A stretch of DNA of 32,782 nucleotides from assembly GCA_964446185.1 (NCBI GenBank), contig CAYUNQ010000003.1:1-32782 (forward strand). The letters are read 5' to 3'. A program made the translations under genes and the position numbers. The first letter of the stretch is position 1, and each line of letters starts with the position of its first letter. This DNA comes from an uncultured Marinobacter sp. Lineage in GTDB: Bacteria > Pseudomonadota > Gammaproteobacteria > Pseudomonadales > Oleiphilaceae. Of this stretch, positions 32,311 to 32,782 are shown piece by piece. The notes beneath the pieces were generated by a model. It was given only the letters and a program-made list of their open reading frames with translations, was not told where the DNA came from and made no database searches.

Positions 32311-32391
32311 CTAGCTTGAGAGGTTGTCGCCGGTTTTCGGGTTGAAAAACTGATAGCGGTTGCGGCCGGCTTGTTTGGCCTGATACATGGC
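32311..32391 (-). pseudogene. C-terminal remnant of a GGDEF diguanylate cyclase
   Basis: Minus strand reads AMYQAKQAGRNRYQFFNPKTGDNLSS*, the hallmark GGDEF terminal motif (AMYxAKxxGRN); similarity ends at 32391 and the frame is closed by TGA at 32413-32415. Confidence 0.8.
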
Positions 32392-32439
32392 AAAAGGGCA
32401 TGTGTTTCCATCTCATTCAAGCACATGCCCTTTTGCCAT
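32387..32439. terminator. 18-bp perfect inverted repeat, bidirectional terminator-like
   Basis: ATGGCAAAAGGGCATGTG (32387-32404) / CACATGCCCTTTTGCCAT (32422-32439). Confidence 0.7.
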
Positions 32440-32589
32440 ACCGTAGGGGACGCCGGTTTATTCCGCGATTTCATAAAACGTCAAACTGAGTATTGGGTCA
32501 TGGTCACAGGCACTGCATTTGACTTCAATACAGTCAAAAGATATAATGCCAACCAACAACTTGTCTAAGTATTATAGGTTGTCACTATA

Positions 32590-32782
32590 GACGTGGATGT
32601 TGGCGCGGAATTGGCCAAGCGTCTGGAGCTTGAACTCAATTATGTGACCGGCGAATGGTCCGGTCTGATTGAAGGGCTGCGCAACAAGCGGTATGACGGC
32701 ATTCTCGGCAGTATGGCCATCACAGACGAGCGACTCGAAACGGTCAACTTCTCCATTCCATACTATTATTCCGGCGCACAGT
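32590..32782 (+). pseudogene. 5'-truncated polar amino-acid ABC substrate-binding protein (family 3), runs off the window
   Basis: Reads DVDVGAELAKRLELELNYVTGEWSGLIEGLRNKRYDGILGSMAITDERLETVNFSIPYYYSGAQ; in-frame TAG at 32575-32577, so the signal peptide and the YPPF-containing N-terminus are absent. Confidence 0.75.

Noticed and set aside
32292-32568. Short ORFs 32292-32474 (-) and 32371-32568 (+), and a minus-strand frame ..VKCSACDHDPILSLTFYEIAE* ending near 32458
   Set aside because: No RBS or family motifs; the first two cross the inverted repeat and GGDEF remnant; the CxxC frame could be another gene tail but is too short to support

Overview
High-GC gammaproteobacterial core chromosome. 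The gene order is Pseudomonadales/Oceanospirillales-like, and a Marinobacter-like host is my inference. In order: a degenerate repeat/inverted-repeat cluster cut by the left edge (15-215); finR<->fpr; an uncharacterised lipoprotein with lysozyme-like motifs; lpxH-ppiB<->glnS-cysS; glcB; folD<->tRNA operon (Pro-UGG, Arg-UCU, His-GUG, Leu-UAG); tig-clpP-clpX-lon-hupB-ppiD; an Entner-Doudoroff cluster (hexR<->zwf-pgl-eda, pyk<->edd-glk) followed by a UDG-family gene; glpD with an orphan type-I periplasmic binding protein; and, at the right edge, a decayed junction (GGDEF C-terminal remnant, 18-bp inverted repeat, AT-rich DNA, 5'-truncated family-3 solute-binding protein). No integrase, transposase, phage gene or CRISPR array is evident. 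The best candidates for new biology are the left-edge nested repeat element, the lysozyme-like lipoprotein, and the orphan binding protein/GGDEF remnant locus. All calls come from reading the sequence; no searches were run.
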